Source of the DNA: Callorhinchus milii
Lineage: Eukaryota
DNA: 64,000 nt
Direction: 5' to 3'
Assembly (NCBI RefSeq): GCF_018977255.1
Contig: NW_024704742.1
Span: 434,001-498,000 of the forward strand
Below are positions 22,684 through 35,892 of this stretch, one piece after another. How positions within the stretch are numbered: position 1 is the first letter of the stretch; every line of letters begins with the position of its first letter. The notes beneath the pieces are model-generated. The model was not told the origin of the DNA and did not search any database. It saw nothing but the letters and a program-made list of their open reading frames with translations. A program made the position numbers and the translations under genes.

Positions 22684-24197
22684 AACCACGAGATGAATGA
22701 CCAATTCATTGTTGGCAGGACTTCCAAAGAAAATTCCTATCTCTTTCGAATGGTGTCGCAAGACCTTTAAAGATCTTGGTTTAATGGCTTAGCCGAAGAA
22801 TGTGTCAGAGGTGTAATCTTTGTCTTAAGCCATTAAACCAAAGTGGAGTGTCAGTACAAAGGGGAGTGTCAGTCTAGAAACTCACTACAAAGTGGAATGC
22901 CAATCTAGAAAATTAGCTCTAGTCCCATACATGTAGCATGAACCCAGAACCTCCTGACGCAGAATGAGAGTGCAGCCCAGAGCTAAACCGATGGTAAAAT
23001 TAGTCATTTCATTTGTTTTCCTTTCAAAATTGCTGGGGTTGTAGGTTTTCACAGACAGTTACAGTTGCAACTGTTTTCACAGTTGCAGTTACATGTATTT
23101 AGGCCAACAAATGGACCTTTTGTAACCTCAGCCTCGAGCGTTGCTTTAAGATATGCAAACTGTTCTCATTTTCGTGTGTGTGTGTGTTAGCAAGTTTTAT
23201 GATGGATATCCAAAATGATTGCCCCCTTATTAGCATTCTACCCAGGAAGGAAGGTGATGTTAACGGTAATTGACTGATATTTTTGTTGACCCCTTTCTCC
23301 TGACCACTCAGTTTTGTTTTTTTTGTTAAAACTAAATAAACAATCTCAAAAGTAGACCATTGGCAGTGAAAGCTTCACAAGTTGCATTTGTTGATTTTCA
23401 TCAGTATGTCATAATAGTAAGTTATTTTTTGTGTTTGGTATTTTGAGTAAGTCGGTACACTACAGCTATGTGTTGATCTGGAAATCGTATCACCTCAGTG
23501 CATCCATTAGATGGCATCTGATTCACTAGTAAAGTGGGGTGTCAGCTTAGAAAATGAGCGTAAGTCCCAAACATGTAGAATGAACCCACGACCTTCACAC
23601 CCAACATTTGATCTGGCTGTACTCGCAATTAATTGCCGGTCTACAAGACATATTTACAAGTGACCACTCTGGAGAAGTCAGGACGCACCCACAGCGTTTC
23701 GAAAGACCCTTTCCCCTCCCTCCTTTCTCACGCAAAACCTTTTTAAAAGTTATATAACGTGTAACAGTTGCATCCTAGACGCAGTTTAAATTTAGAAATG
23801 ATTGAAGAGGAATTCTCCGGATACGTCGGAGCGGCTTGCGACCCTGTTCACAATGCTGATTGATGTGAAACTGAGTTGTGCATCCAACAATCATGGCCCA
23901 ATGGATATCTGTTCCCTTTGCTCAGTGGCACAGGTCTGTTGTGCCTCCCCCTGTGACTGACCACTATTAGTGGCCAAACCTTCAGCCACTATACCAATAA
24001 CCTCCGGAACCCCTTGCCTCCTCTTCATCTTTAAAGCCCACCTTAAGATCCACTATTTCGACTGCGCCTATGGTCACCTCACCCTGCGCCTTCTTCCTTG
24101 CTCGGCATCACTTGTGCAGCTCTCCTACCTGAATGGTGCTATATGAATGCAAGTTATTGTTGGCAGGAGTGTGATCCACTTTCCCCAAACAAGAGTT

Positions 24198-24565
24198 TTG
24201 GTCAGAGCACTCGCCTCGCAAGCGAGGGGACCCGGATTCGATTCCCAGGCAGGGTGAAACCTTCGGTAAGTTTCCTACGTACACGTGTTTCTTGTTGACC
24301 TAGCAGTAAGTGGGAACCCGGTTGTTAGTCGATCAACAGACCGTTTTGCTGGGGTAATATTCCCTTAAAAATTATTTGGTCATTCAATCCACTGCTGTGC
24401 TCAATTGGCTGCCGGGTTTTACCCACAAAATATGCAGTCAATTCACTTTATTGTATATTCTGTGAAGCGCTTTGAGATGTCTCAAAAAGGCTAAAAGCGT
24501 TGTTTCAAACGTCTCAAAGAGTGTCAACAACGTCTCAACACTATTAAATGCAAGAATTATTATTA
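24198..24565 (+). mobile_element. tRNA-derived SINE (long subfamily), preceded by an L2 3' fragment (~23930-24165)
   Basis: gagcactcgcctcgcaagcgag head, shared body and tail. Confidence 0.8.
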
Positions 24566-25884
24566 ATGAAGCCAATTGTAGTGACACCCTTAAAGAACCA
24601 TTCCTTTAGCTGCTGCATGTCAGGGAGAATTTATTCAATTGGTAAGAATCCAAAGGTACATTGCAAAAAAATTGTGCATCTAGAAAAATGGTGTAAAGGC
24701 CCTTAACAGCTGAAACTACCTCCTTGATCCATTTACAGAACTGTTAAATCTAAAGGTTCTACAGGAAGGCCAGGGTCAACCAACCTTCAGTCCTCATCAA
24801 AACAATTTCCACTTCAGAATGGATCAAGGATGTTCTCCTGATTGTAATGGTTACTCTGACTCACTGGATAGCAACACTTGTCACAAACCTAGTAATCGGG
24901 TTTCCCCTCCCCAAAGGCCAATGAAATCCAAAGAGAGACCCTGTTGAGTACAACCGTAACTCAGAAACCTCTCAAGGATTGTCCAAATGGCTTTTTGTGC
25001 CTCTATGTTTGACATTGATGCTAGTATTTACATCAGCCTTTGGATCACATCCAAAACTGAGGCTGTTTTCAGGTCATTACATTGACAGATGAAATTCAGC
25101 TTCAAAGGTTTATTTTATCTCCTCCGAGACTGAAGATGGGCATATAGGCTATATAGAAGGGTAGAATGTGTTCTCTATGAAATATAAGCATACTATACTA
25201 CTAACGTTCCAAGACCATTGCTTTTTTTTTCACAGTTTCAATATAGTTCAGTATATCAGTTAATTGGAATTCGGTGATTGAGGTTGATTCCATTATATGT
25301 CTGGACGATTAGTTTGTTCAGTGCTCCTTCCTTGACTTTCAGCTTCTTACATATGAAAGAACGTGCTTTTTATAGTGCCTCATCTATAAATGTCTCCAAA
25401 ACTTGACAATACTGTCTAATGTCGTGATTGTTTTGCAGACAAATGCGGCACCTACTTTGCCTGACTGTCTTTATTGAAGTTATTTCGTGACTGTTTATCT
25501 CACTTGTGGTGCATGAAGCAGAATATTGCAGATTACCACGTGCAGCAGTTTCCTCCAGAATCTGGCCCTCCTATTTCTTTGTATTGCTGTAAAAATTTCT
25601 GACAAGCTCTGCTGACAACATTTCTACCCTGACTTGTGCAGGGCATGGACAGTGCTTCATTTCCTGCTTGTTTAGGTGCTTATCTGTATATATTACAACT
25701 GTAAGATTCAGGTGTTTTAACATGTGTCAACATTAGAAAACACAGTGTTAACGGGTAGATAAATAAAATTAACAGCACCAAACTTTAACGTTCTGAAAAT
25801 TGCCCTAAACTGCAATACATTTTTTTTTGTAAAAGGCACTCTATAAATGTAATTTTGTTATTGTCGTTGTTGTTGTTTTAGTTA

Positions 25885-26520
25885 GCCGGGTGGGAACCCA
25901 TCACCGCGCTTAAGAGTATCCAAACTGAGAATTCCATGCGTCCCACCCTACACATGAAAATTCCCACAGATACTTATTAGACTGGAATGTGCGTTCTCTC
26001 CCTGAAGGGACACAGGCTGCCTGCCTAATTCAGGAGAGTATTTGGCACAGGTTGGTGAGAGCCAAGGCTTGGGGACTCCATAGTGTGTGTTGAGGTTCTG
26101 CTATAGTCTAACCAGCTGAAACTACACAACTTGCCACTCGAAGCACTGTCTGGCAAGTGTTCCTGCTGCGTGTCCAGCCTAAACCACTCTACCTGCGAGG
26201 GCTTTGGCTCGCAGGATTAACAGGAGCTGAGTGGGAAGAGTCCATATACCCAGTGACTGGTCTGCCTTTTAAGTCCTGCCAATGAGCCAGGCTGGCTGGG
26301 CTGTCATCGGCAGTGCTCTGGAGTACTGCGGACCCGCCTGGCTCAGGAAGTGGACTACCGAGACCGCCACAGAGGGCTGGCTCGATTCTGACTTCCTGTT
26401 GCCAAACATGTTACCTTGCGGACCGTTCAATTGGCTTACCTTACCTCCTCCCCAAGGAGCACAGTCACCAGTTGGTTATTTGACATCTGACAAGAGCAGG
26501 TTTGAGCCCTCACAAGGTGC
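25885..26520 (+). repeat. Unclassified interspersed repeat, longest copy
   Basis: Colinear similarity with 13050-13490 over ~440 nt. Confidence 0.75.
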
Positions 26521-28289
26521 AATACTTATTGCGTAGCTAATGAATAGAAACGTACCCTTTAAGCAGCGCTAACTGCAATGCATTCTTAAGAGGCATCCAG
26601 GCAGTAATTTCATAGATACTGTATTTGCAATACGTGTTCACGCTGAGCTACCTTGCACTATTTAAGATTAGAAGGAATGGTGTAAAAGATTCATAAAATA
26701 CTGCTCAGTGAATGGCTCTAGGGGTTTATGCATGTGTTTGAGAATAGATACCTTGATTGTAATATAACAATACTTTTTGCAGTTGTTTAGTGATGTTGTT
26801 TCTCTTTTTTTATATAGAGTTTGGCCAATACACAGGAAATGCAGTGTGCTTGCTTCCTGTCGTGAGACATGTTAAATTTGAGTTTCGTAATTGTAAGCTG
26901 AACAGTTTTTAAGGAACATTTTTAGTTCTTTTTACGTGATCAGTCTAGCCACACAGAGTTGTATAATTTTGGGAGGGTTATTTTAGCCGTTTATCTTAAG
27001 CAAATACCGCTGAGGATGTCTTTCACCTTTCTTGCTTCTGATTCTCACAGGAAAAGACCTTGTCTTAGAGGTTTAGAAACTAGCCACAGGAAATGGCTAC
27101 TTATGTTTTGCTGTTTTGTTTAGGTAGATTGTGTGCAACCAATTTGTTTTATTTGTTTGCGGGTACCATCTCACGAGTTTTGCAAGGGTTGTTTTCTAAA
27201 TTCTATCGTGGACAGAGATTTTGAAAGGTGCACTTTAATTTTGTTTGGGGATTATTTTGTATGCATTGCTATGGAGTGTTTTTAACACAACACATAAGGA
27301 CAGCCAAAAGGGAGTTGACGTTAAGATGGTTGAGGAGAAAGGAGACTAAAAGTACGGTTGAAAAGAAGGTAAGTAATAAAAATAATTGATTTATAAGACA
27401 CATGGATCGCAGTAGAAAAAGTAAAATATAATATATATTCACGTTGAATATGTATACTATGTGGTAAAGGCCATTGCAGATATAATGTTATTCTTTACTG
27501 ATGTAATTTCCAGAAAATGCAATCACTTTTGTTCAGTGAATAGTGTCATTGAATAATACAACAATGATTTACATTTTTGTAGTGGCTTTCACCTTGTTAG
27601 AACATCTGAAAGCACTTTACAAAGCTGACTGGAAGCTGAGTGGGGTGGGGGGTGGGGGGAGAAAGGCAGCTGAAAGTGCAGTTGAAATGATGGGTCTTAA
27701 AGCAGGGAAGTAGAGGGTGATGTGGAGCGAAGTCCACGATGGAGTTCCAGAGAGTGGGTGCAGAAGAGCTGAGAGCTCACCCACCAATAGTGGAGCAGAT
27801 CAGGTTGGGGACATGAAACTGGATGGTGTTCGCTGAGTGGAATGCGCTGCTGGGACAATGAGGTCACAAAAGTTGAATGAAGCTGTGCACGGATTCAATA
27901 GGATCGTGAATTCGATCTGCTGTGAGTTGGGGAGCCAGTGAGATGGGGATGATGGGCTTGTGGAGCCTGGTATGGAAGGGGACATGGGCGCATTTATATA
28001 GTGTCGTTCACGTCGAGAGGACATTCCAAGTCAGTGGACTGTCATTCATCGCGAGGCTGAAGAGGTAGAGGTGGAGATGTGCAATGTGGAAGAGGTGGGG
28101 CAAAGCCGAGAGAGTGTGAGGGCGGATGTACAGTGAGGGGTGGTTTTGATAGAATGCTGAAGCACAGACGGAGGCTATTTTGCCTGTGCCAGTTCTCTCA
28201 AGCTTTCCGTTTAGTCTCATTCTTTACTCCATTCCAATCAGGTGTTAGTCTGGCATAGATGGCTAGGGCTTTCTTTTGTAGTAGTAATA

Positions 28290-28660
28290 ATAACAGTAGC
28301 AATCCTTACATTTGGTATAACAGCTTATTGCAACATTGAGACGTCTCAAAGCGTTTCACAGAATATATTGTAAAGTGAGTTGACTGTGTATTTTGTGGGC
28401 AAAACATGACAGCCAATTGCGCACAGTGGCGTCCCACAAACAGTCATGGATTGAGTGACCAAATAAACTATGGAAATATATATATATTTTGAGGGGATTA
28501 CTACCCCGAGAAAGTGATCTGCCAATCGACTAACAACCAGGTTCCTACTCACTGCTAGGTAAACAGGCGTGTGGTGTAAGGATACTTGCCTAAGGTTTCG
28601 CCCGGCCTGGGAATCGAACCCAGATCCTCTCGCTTGCGAGGTGAGCGCTCTAACCAATAC
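28290..28660 (-). mobile_element. tRNA-derived SINE (long subfamily)
   Basis: Reverse-complement head (ctcgcttgcgaggtgagcgctctaacca), body and tail. Confidence 0.85.
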
Positions 28661-28741
28661 CGTATGGGACTCCGCTTGTGAGTCAGAAGGTTGTGGGTTC
28701 ATGCTCCACGTTGGGGCCGTTTCACCCACACAATTTACAGT

Positions 28742-30660
28742 ACATAAGAACATAAGACCATAAGGATTAGGCGCAGGAGTAGGCCATTCGGCCCCTCGAG
28801 TCTGTGCCCCGCCATTCGATAAGATCATCGCTAATCTTCAGACCTAACTCTAATTTCCTGCCCTATCCCCATATCCCCTAATCCCTCTATTTTTAAAAAA
28901 TCTCTCAGTCTCAGCCTTGAAGATGTTCAAGGACTGACATCTACAGCCTTCTGGGGGAGTGAATTCCACAAATTCACTGCCCTCTGAGTGAAGAAATGTT
29001 TCCTCAACTCTGTTCTAAAAGGCTGACCCTTAATTTTCAGACTGTGACTCCTGGTTATAGATTCTCCTATTGGGGGAAACAGACCCTCAGTGTCTACTTT
29101 ATCAGCCCTTTAAGAATATAATATGTTTCAATAAGATCCCCCCTAATTTTTCTGTACTCCAGAGAATATAGCCCCAGTTTATTCAGCCTCTCCTCATAGG
29201 TCAGTCCCCTCATCCCAGGAACTAACCGAGTGAATCTACGCTGCACCCCCTCGAGGGCAAGTATGTCCTTTTTAAATAAGGAGACCAACACTGCACACAA
29301 TACTCTCGGTGCGGTCTCACCAAAGCCCTATACAGTTGCAGTCAGACTTCCCTACTCTTGTACTCTAAACCTTTGGCAATGAACGCTAACTGCCGTTCGC
29401 CTTCTTAGTTGCTGCTGCACTGCAAACTAACTTTTTGAGACTGGTGTACAAGGACACCCAAATCCCTCTGAACACTAACACTGTCTAATCTCTCCCCCTC
29501 TAGAAAATAATCTGTTTTTCTACCTACCCAGGTGAATAACTTCACACTTCCCCACATTAAATTCCATCTGCCACCTACTCGCCCACTCTCCTCACCTATC
29601 TGTATCCCGTTGCAATCTTTTTGCATCATCCTCAGAGCTCACTCTCCCACCGAGTTTAGTGTCATCCGCAAATTTAGATACGTTACATTCAATGTCCTCG
29701 TCCAGATCATTGATGTAAATTGTAAATAGCTGAGGCCCAAACACTGATCCTTGTGGCACTCCCCTAGTCACCTCCTGCCAATTCGAGAATGACCTGTTTA
29801 TCCCCACTCTCTGTTTTCTACCCGTTAGCCACTCTTCAATCCATGCTAATATGTTCCCATTAATCCCGTGGGCCTTAACCTTGTGCAATAGCCTTTTGTG
29901 TGGCACTTTGTCAAATGCCTTTTTAAAATCTGAATATACTACATCTACTGGTTGCCCCCTATCTAACCTGCAGATACATCTTCAAAACACTCTAAAGGAT
30001 TAGTTAAGCGTGACTTCCCTGTTGTAAAGCCATGTTGACTGCCTAATCTTGTTATGGTCTTCCAGGAATCCCATAACCACATCTTTAATTAAGGACTCAA
30101 GAATGTTTCCTACCACTGATGTCAGACTGACTGGTCTATAGTTCCCCATCTTTTCTCTCCCACCCTTCTTAAATAGTGGTGTTACATTTGCGATCTTTCA
30201 ATCAACGGGAACCGTTCCAGAATCCAGAGAATTTTGGAAGATCAAAGACAAACCATCCACTATCTCAGTAGCCATCTCTTTTAAAACCCTGGGATGTAGG
30301 CCATCACGTCCAGGAGATTTATCAGTTTTAAGACCTGACAATTTACCTAAAACCATTTCTTTACTAATATTAATTCCCCCAAGTTGCTCGCTAACATTGT
30401 CTTCTTGGTTCCCCTCTATTCTTGGTAGGTTTTCAATGTCTTCTAAGGTGAAGACAGTAGCAAAGTACTTGTTTAATGACTCTGCCACGTCTTTGTCCCC
30501 TACTGTAATTCCCTCCGTCTCTGCCTGTAGCGGACCCACATTTACCCTTGACAGCCTCTTCCGCTTTATATATTTATAAAAACTCTTGCAGTCTGTCTTT
30601 ATGTTCTTCGCGAGTTTGCCCTCATATTCCATTTTCTCCCTCTTAATCACTTTTTGGGTT
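28742..30660 (-). mobile_element. CR1 LINE, 5'-truncated, frameshifted RT ORF2
   Basis: Minus ORFs with KSPGRDGLHPRVLKE, PHKRLLHKV, GVPQGSVFGPQLFTIYINDLD, KFADDTKLGG and [15 protein letters not shown]...RGDLIETY; 3' tail (CTTATGTT/GT)n at 28742-28762. Confidence 0.93.
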
Positions 30661-31634
30661 AAATTCACTTTACAGTGAATTCTGTGAAGCTCTTTGAGAC
30701 GTCTCGAAGATGTCTATTTGATGTAACCATCTCAAAGACATCCATTATTATTATGGTCGAGGCTGAAACTGAGCACAACTCAGTGCCGGGGGAACGCTGA
30801 ATTGTCAACGTGGTGGCCTTCGGATGAGCTGATAAACCGAAGTCCCGTTCGCCTGTTCGGGTGGCTAACAAAGATCCCATGGCACTTGTTTTGAAAAGGG
30901 AAAAGCATTTCTCATTATGTGCCAACAATCTTCAGAGAAAATATGGATCATTCACTTCACAGTGAATGTTTGCGGGACTTTGCGGTACATGAACTGGCTG
31001 CCGTGTTAGCTCCCAAATACACATGTATGTTAACCCTTCAATCGGATATCCGTTTTAGTTCCATATCCACTCCAGATCTTTTTGAGTTTGAATAGTCAAG
31101 GATTTTGATAATCTACATACACACATATATATAATCTACATCTGACAAACGCCGATTATTTTGTCCAACCATCTGTCTTAACCACCAGGACAAAAAAATG
31201 AACCATATGTCCACAACAACAACAACAACAAATTATATTTGAATTGCACCTTTCAGACTGGGAGGACATCCCTACTTTGTAGTACATTTCTATGTCCTAA
31301 ATGACAGTATTATTATTTTTAACTTACAAAGAATTCAAAATAGCCATGAGTAAAGCATTGCTGCAACCTGAGCTACACTGATGTTAATTCTTATTTTAAT
31401 GATATAGACCTGTTACTCTTCTGTCATGTGGAAGGTGCCAGTTATGTGTTGCTTTTTTGTGACGTAGCCTACATGATTTCGGATAAGAAATGACTAATTT
31501 TCCTGTAATTTCTCTGTCAATTTGATACTTTATGTCTGTAACATGGTCATATTATAATTAACCATAAAACCATACATAGGTGGAGCAGCAGTGTATTTGC
31601 AGAACCCGTCTAGCTTAATACTTGACATGTTTTG

Positions 31635-32003
31635 TGGAGTCCTGTAGCTCAGTGATTAGCACTCACCTCGCCAGCGAGAGACCTGGGTTCGATTCCCGGG
31701 CGGGTGAAACTTTGGGCAAGTTTCGTTACTCCACACATCTCTGTCTACCCAGCAGTAAGTAGGAACCCTGTTGTTAGTCGATTGGCGGATTGCTTTTCTG
31801 GCGGTAATAATTCCTTCAAAACAAGTTTTAAAAATAACTTGGTCACTTCAATCCACGATTGTTTGTGGGACGCTGCTGTGCCCAATTAGCTGCCTTATTT
31901 TGCCCACAAAATTCACTTTATAGTACATTCTGTGAAGCGCTTTGAGACGTCTCGAAGATGTGATAAGGCGCTTTATCAAATGCAAGTATTATGATTATTA
32001 TTA
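31635..32003 (+). mobile_element. Full-length tRNA-derived SINE (long subfamily)
   Basis: ggagtcctgtagctcagtg head, B box gggttcgattccc, tail. Confidence 0.88.
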
Positions 32004-33819
32004 TCTGAATTTGGTTTGCAAATTGTACATCAGTTTTTGGGACTTCAATTCATTGGAGTCTAATTTCTGGATTTGGATTTTTGACCTCAGTTAATTCCTT
32101 AAGTTACGTAAGGTAACAATGGGGTTTAGGATAACTTGTGAATGCAAACCATTGACAAAATTACTGATCTGGAGGAGGTGTTAGCAGTACAATGATTATT
32201 AATGATTTCCCTTCATGAAACTAAGGGGGGAGTGGGTGTTTGTGGAAGGAGCTGATCAAGCTGAATTATCTATGGACTAAGTTGAAGTTCAACGCAGTAC
32301 ATTTGCAAATAAGTCATTGGTTCCAACTTGGATGGGCACGCAGTATAAGATCTGCCAGGGGCAATAGATGTGCCTATTTGTGAGAGGTAAATGATCTGCT
32401 GTCAAGGCAGAACTAGGATCCCAAGAGATTCCAGATTTAATATAGTCCAAGAATGTGTATTATGAAATCCTGTTCACACTGAATGTATTTGAAGTTAAAT
32501 CTGAATAACAGAAACTGGTGCTTTGAACTCATAGTCTTGACTGACACTTTAACGCAGCGCTGGGGGAATGCTGCATTGCCAGAGGTGCCATCCTTCAGAT
32601 GTCCTAAAGGTCCTGTCTGTCCTTTTAAGAGGATGTTAAAGACCCAACAATACTATTCGAAAAGAGAGCAGAGGCTCTCTCAGTGACCTAATTAGCAATC
32701 TTTCAGATTAAGAAAAAATGGTCATTCACTTTGTGGGACATGGCAATATGCAGATTGATTGCTGTGTTTGCCCTCCAATACAGTCACAACACTCTACAGA
32801 ATAGCTCTGTGAAGCACTTTGAGGCATTTCAATGTAATAAGGTGCTATATGAAATGCAGAATTACTGTATTTATTATCATAGACACTGGGTTCAATCTAC
32901 ATCAGGCATTTGTGGTTTATTCTGCACCGGGAAGTATTTCTTCCGCGCCCCACTACCCCCGCCCCACCCCCGAGAGTAATCAATGACTGGAAGAGTGGTT
33001 GAGGTCAGGACACTAGTTTTAAAAAGAAACTTAGCACTCTGCTGTCGTGGGTGTGCTGTCGAGGGCGGAAGAATGAGATCAAAAGGACCTTCTTCATCCA
33101 AACCAATCTTCTGATCTTGTTGTATAGTTTTCTTAGCCCTTCTGCCCGTTTACCTGAAGATTAGCTGTAATACTGTACCTTCAAAAGTTAGCAGTTTGTT
33201 GGATTTCCCCATTGTGTCACCCAGCTTTGTATTTCCCAATGTAATGTCCTCCAGTTTATCATCCACTCCATGTAATGCCCTGTAATTTCATTACAGCTGT
33301 TAACCACTGTGCTTTGTGGTATACATGTTTACGTGCATACCTTGACTTTATGTGGTTACACTTCACTGGGTAGCCAGTCACTGTTAGTTTCATGGGGAGA
33401 AATCACTATTAATCATTGTACGACTCAGTCGTCATTTTTCCGGATCAGTCATTTTGTGAACGAATACAATCAAGTCACCCTAACACATTCGTACTGACCC
33501 TGTACAATTTTTTAAAAAAGTGAAAGCTCTTATCACTGTTGGGTTCCTGGATGACACCACTCAGAAATTTGTACTGCTTTCATCCTTTCCACTGAATACC
33601 ATCTGCATCAGTTCTCCTTTTCATACTTAACACAGCACTTGCAGTTATCCTACCATCGACCACTTCCTCTTTATCTGATGCTTTCTTTTGCAAAATGACC
33701 CCTTCCTTTGCAATGACTGAAGGAGAGGCTGTTTGCATTGTACACACAATCAGCAATTGATTTAACCTTTTCCTTACAGTGGGAAACCTGGCGATTTAGT
33801 TAGTTGAACGATAGAAAGC

Positions 33820-34920
33820 ACAGAATAGTGCTAAAAGGATGTTTTTTTTCCCAGATAGTAGAAGGTAATTTGTGATATATCGCAAGGGTCTATGCCAGGG
33901 CCTCTCCTTTTTCCAATATATATTAATGGCCTTGACTTAGATGTAGGAGGCACAGTATCAACATTTGTAGATAATATCAAGCTGGGAAAGATATGGAATA
34001 GTGAGGAGGATGGCAAGAGACTGCTTAAACAGATTAGCACATGGGCACAGCAGATCCCACATCCCATAAACAATTGTGGATTGAGTGAATGAAATTATTA
34101 TTATTTTTGTGTGGGAGGGATTATTACTCCAAGATAGACAGTGGCAGATGAAGTTTAATGAAGCAAAATGTGAGGCGATCCATCTTGGTAACAAAAAACA
34201 CGTGAGAAGTGAATTCATATTAAATGGCAAGATCTTGCAATGAACAAAGCGACTTGGAAACACTGTGAAAAAAGCTAATGGTAGCTTTGGGGTTTATATA
34301 CAGGGGCATAGAATACAATTTAAAGCCATAATGCTAATAATAATAATGATCCTTGCATTTAATGTTGATTATCACATCACATTATCTTATCACATTGTTG
34401 AGACTTCTCGAAGAGCTTCACAGAATATACTGTAAAGTGAATTTGGTGAAACTTGGCAGCCAATTGTGCAGAGCAGTGTCCCACAAACAGTCGTGGGTTG
34501 AGTGATCAAATTATTATTATCTGTTTTAATTGTTCTTTTAAAGCGATTATTACCCCCAGAAAGCGATCTGCCAATCGACTAACAACTGGGTTCCTACTTA
34601 CTGATGAGTAAACAGACGTGTGGAGTATGGAAAGTGAGGAAACTTTTCATCGGAACAGAGAAGGTTGAGTGGGAACCTGATAGAAGTGTACAACATTATG
34701 ATGGGTTAGGACAGGGTGACTAGGGAATAGCTATTAGGGCAGTCAGTGACTAAGGGACATAGGTGTAGGATAGTCAGCAGTTCAGTGAAAGGAGAGCTTA
34801 GGGGAAAAAAATTCCCACAGAGAGTTATTGGGATGTGGAATGCTCTGCCGAGTAAGGTGGTAGAGGCAGAGTTCATGGTGGGCTTCAAGAAGTGAGTAGA
34901 CAGGTTAGGGTTAGGGGTAG
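33820..34920 (+). mobile_element. Degraded CR1 LINE fragments interrupted by SINE insertions (SINE on - at ~34345-34632)
   Basis: QGSMPGPLLFPIYINGLD...FVDNIKLG, WQMKFNEAKC, and 3' end ttcccacagagagttattgggatgtggaatgctctgcc. Confidence 0.75.
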
Positions 34921-35324
34921 TGAAAGTGAAAGTACAGTTTGAGTTACACAAGTTGTGCTTTAAGGTTGTGTAACACCGAGCTCAAAAATAATACAAACCT
35001 GTGGCCATTGTGTGTGTGTGTGTGTGTGTAAAACAAAGTCAGTCCACCACGTGTTTGTTTGGGGGACACTGCTGTGCTGCCATTTTTCGCCCACGAAATA
35101 CACAGTAACGGTATATTCTTTGCTGTATATTCCCTGAAGCGCTTTGAGACGTCTTAACGATGTGATAAGGCACTGTATCAAATGCAAGTATTATTATCCC
35201 CACAGATGCATTTATCTTGTTATATTGAGATAAATCTCAGTTACGACATAGGTCGAAGTATAAATCAATAACATCTTGGCTAATGCCATGCTACGAAACA
35301 CCACTACTTTTTTTTAAATAAACT

Positions 35325-35751
35325 TTTATTTGTGTTTATACCTTGAAGCAGAATACAGTTAATATTATATAAGACAGCAGCAACTGTAATAACTTAAACA
35401 AAGGTGTTGATATAAATATAGGAAATTAAATACTGTATATAGTACTTTCTTCTCGTACATTAACTGATCCTCTTGAGAAATTAATAAATATAGTCATCAC
35501 ATACCCATATACAATTAGTTTCTAAGATACAGTGTCAATTTGTTAGTTGTATAACAAAAGTGTATTCAGACTTGTTAAACTAGTCTAGTGAAGCATAGCA
35601 GCCCGTAGGGCTTACATTTAAGACCCGTTGCGATTCATTATCTTTATGAACGCAAAACAATAAATTAAGTATTTAAATATTTCAACGTGAAACTAATTTG
35701 AGATTCGACTACAGCCGTGCATAAATTATATTTTACTTTGTTCCATTAACA
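35325..35751 (-). promoter_or_regulatory. IL2 3'UTR with AU-rich elements and polyA signal
   Basis: At least six ATTTA pentamers on - strand (plus-strand TAAAT at 35413, 35427, 35485, 35661, 35674, 35722); AATAAA at 35330-35325. Confidence 0.75.
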
Positions 35752-35892
35752 CTAAACATATGGTTTGCTTTTCATTCCCGTGCTGCTCACATGTTTCTGT
35801 GCTGTTTTGTAGTTTCTCTGTAAGAACACCTTCAGTGCCAGCAAGAATTCAGGGATCTTCTTCTGTTTGAATTCACACCTTTGGCTTCCTTC
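35752..35892 (-). CDS. IL2: IL2 exon 4 (CD loop + helix D + C-terminal tail), 46 codons + TAG
   Basis: attttacag acceptor; TAG at 35754-35752. Confidence 0.88.
   Translation of the reverse strand, partial: EGSQRCEFKQKKIPEFLLALKVFLQRNYKTAQKHVSSTGMKSKPYV

Noticed and set aside
24739..24947. ~70 open codons after a tttacag acceptor on +
   Set aside because: No recognisable homology or upstream exon; this length is expected by chance somewhere in 64 kb.
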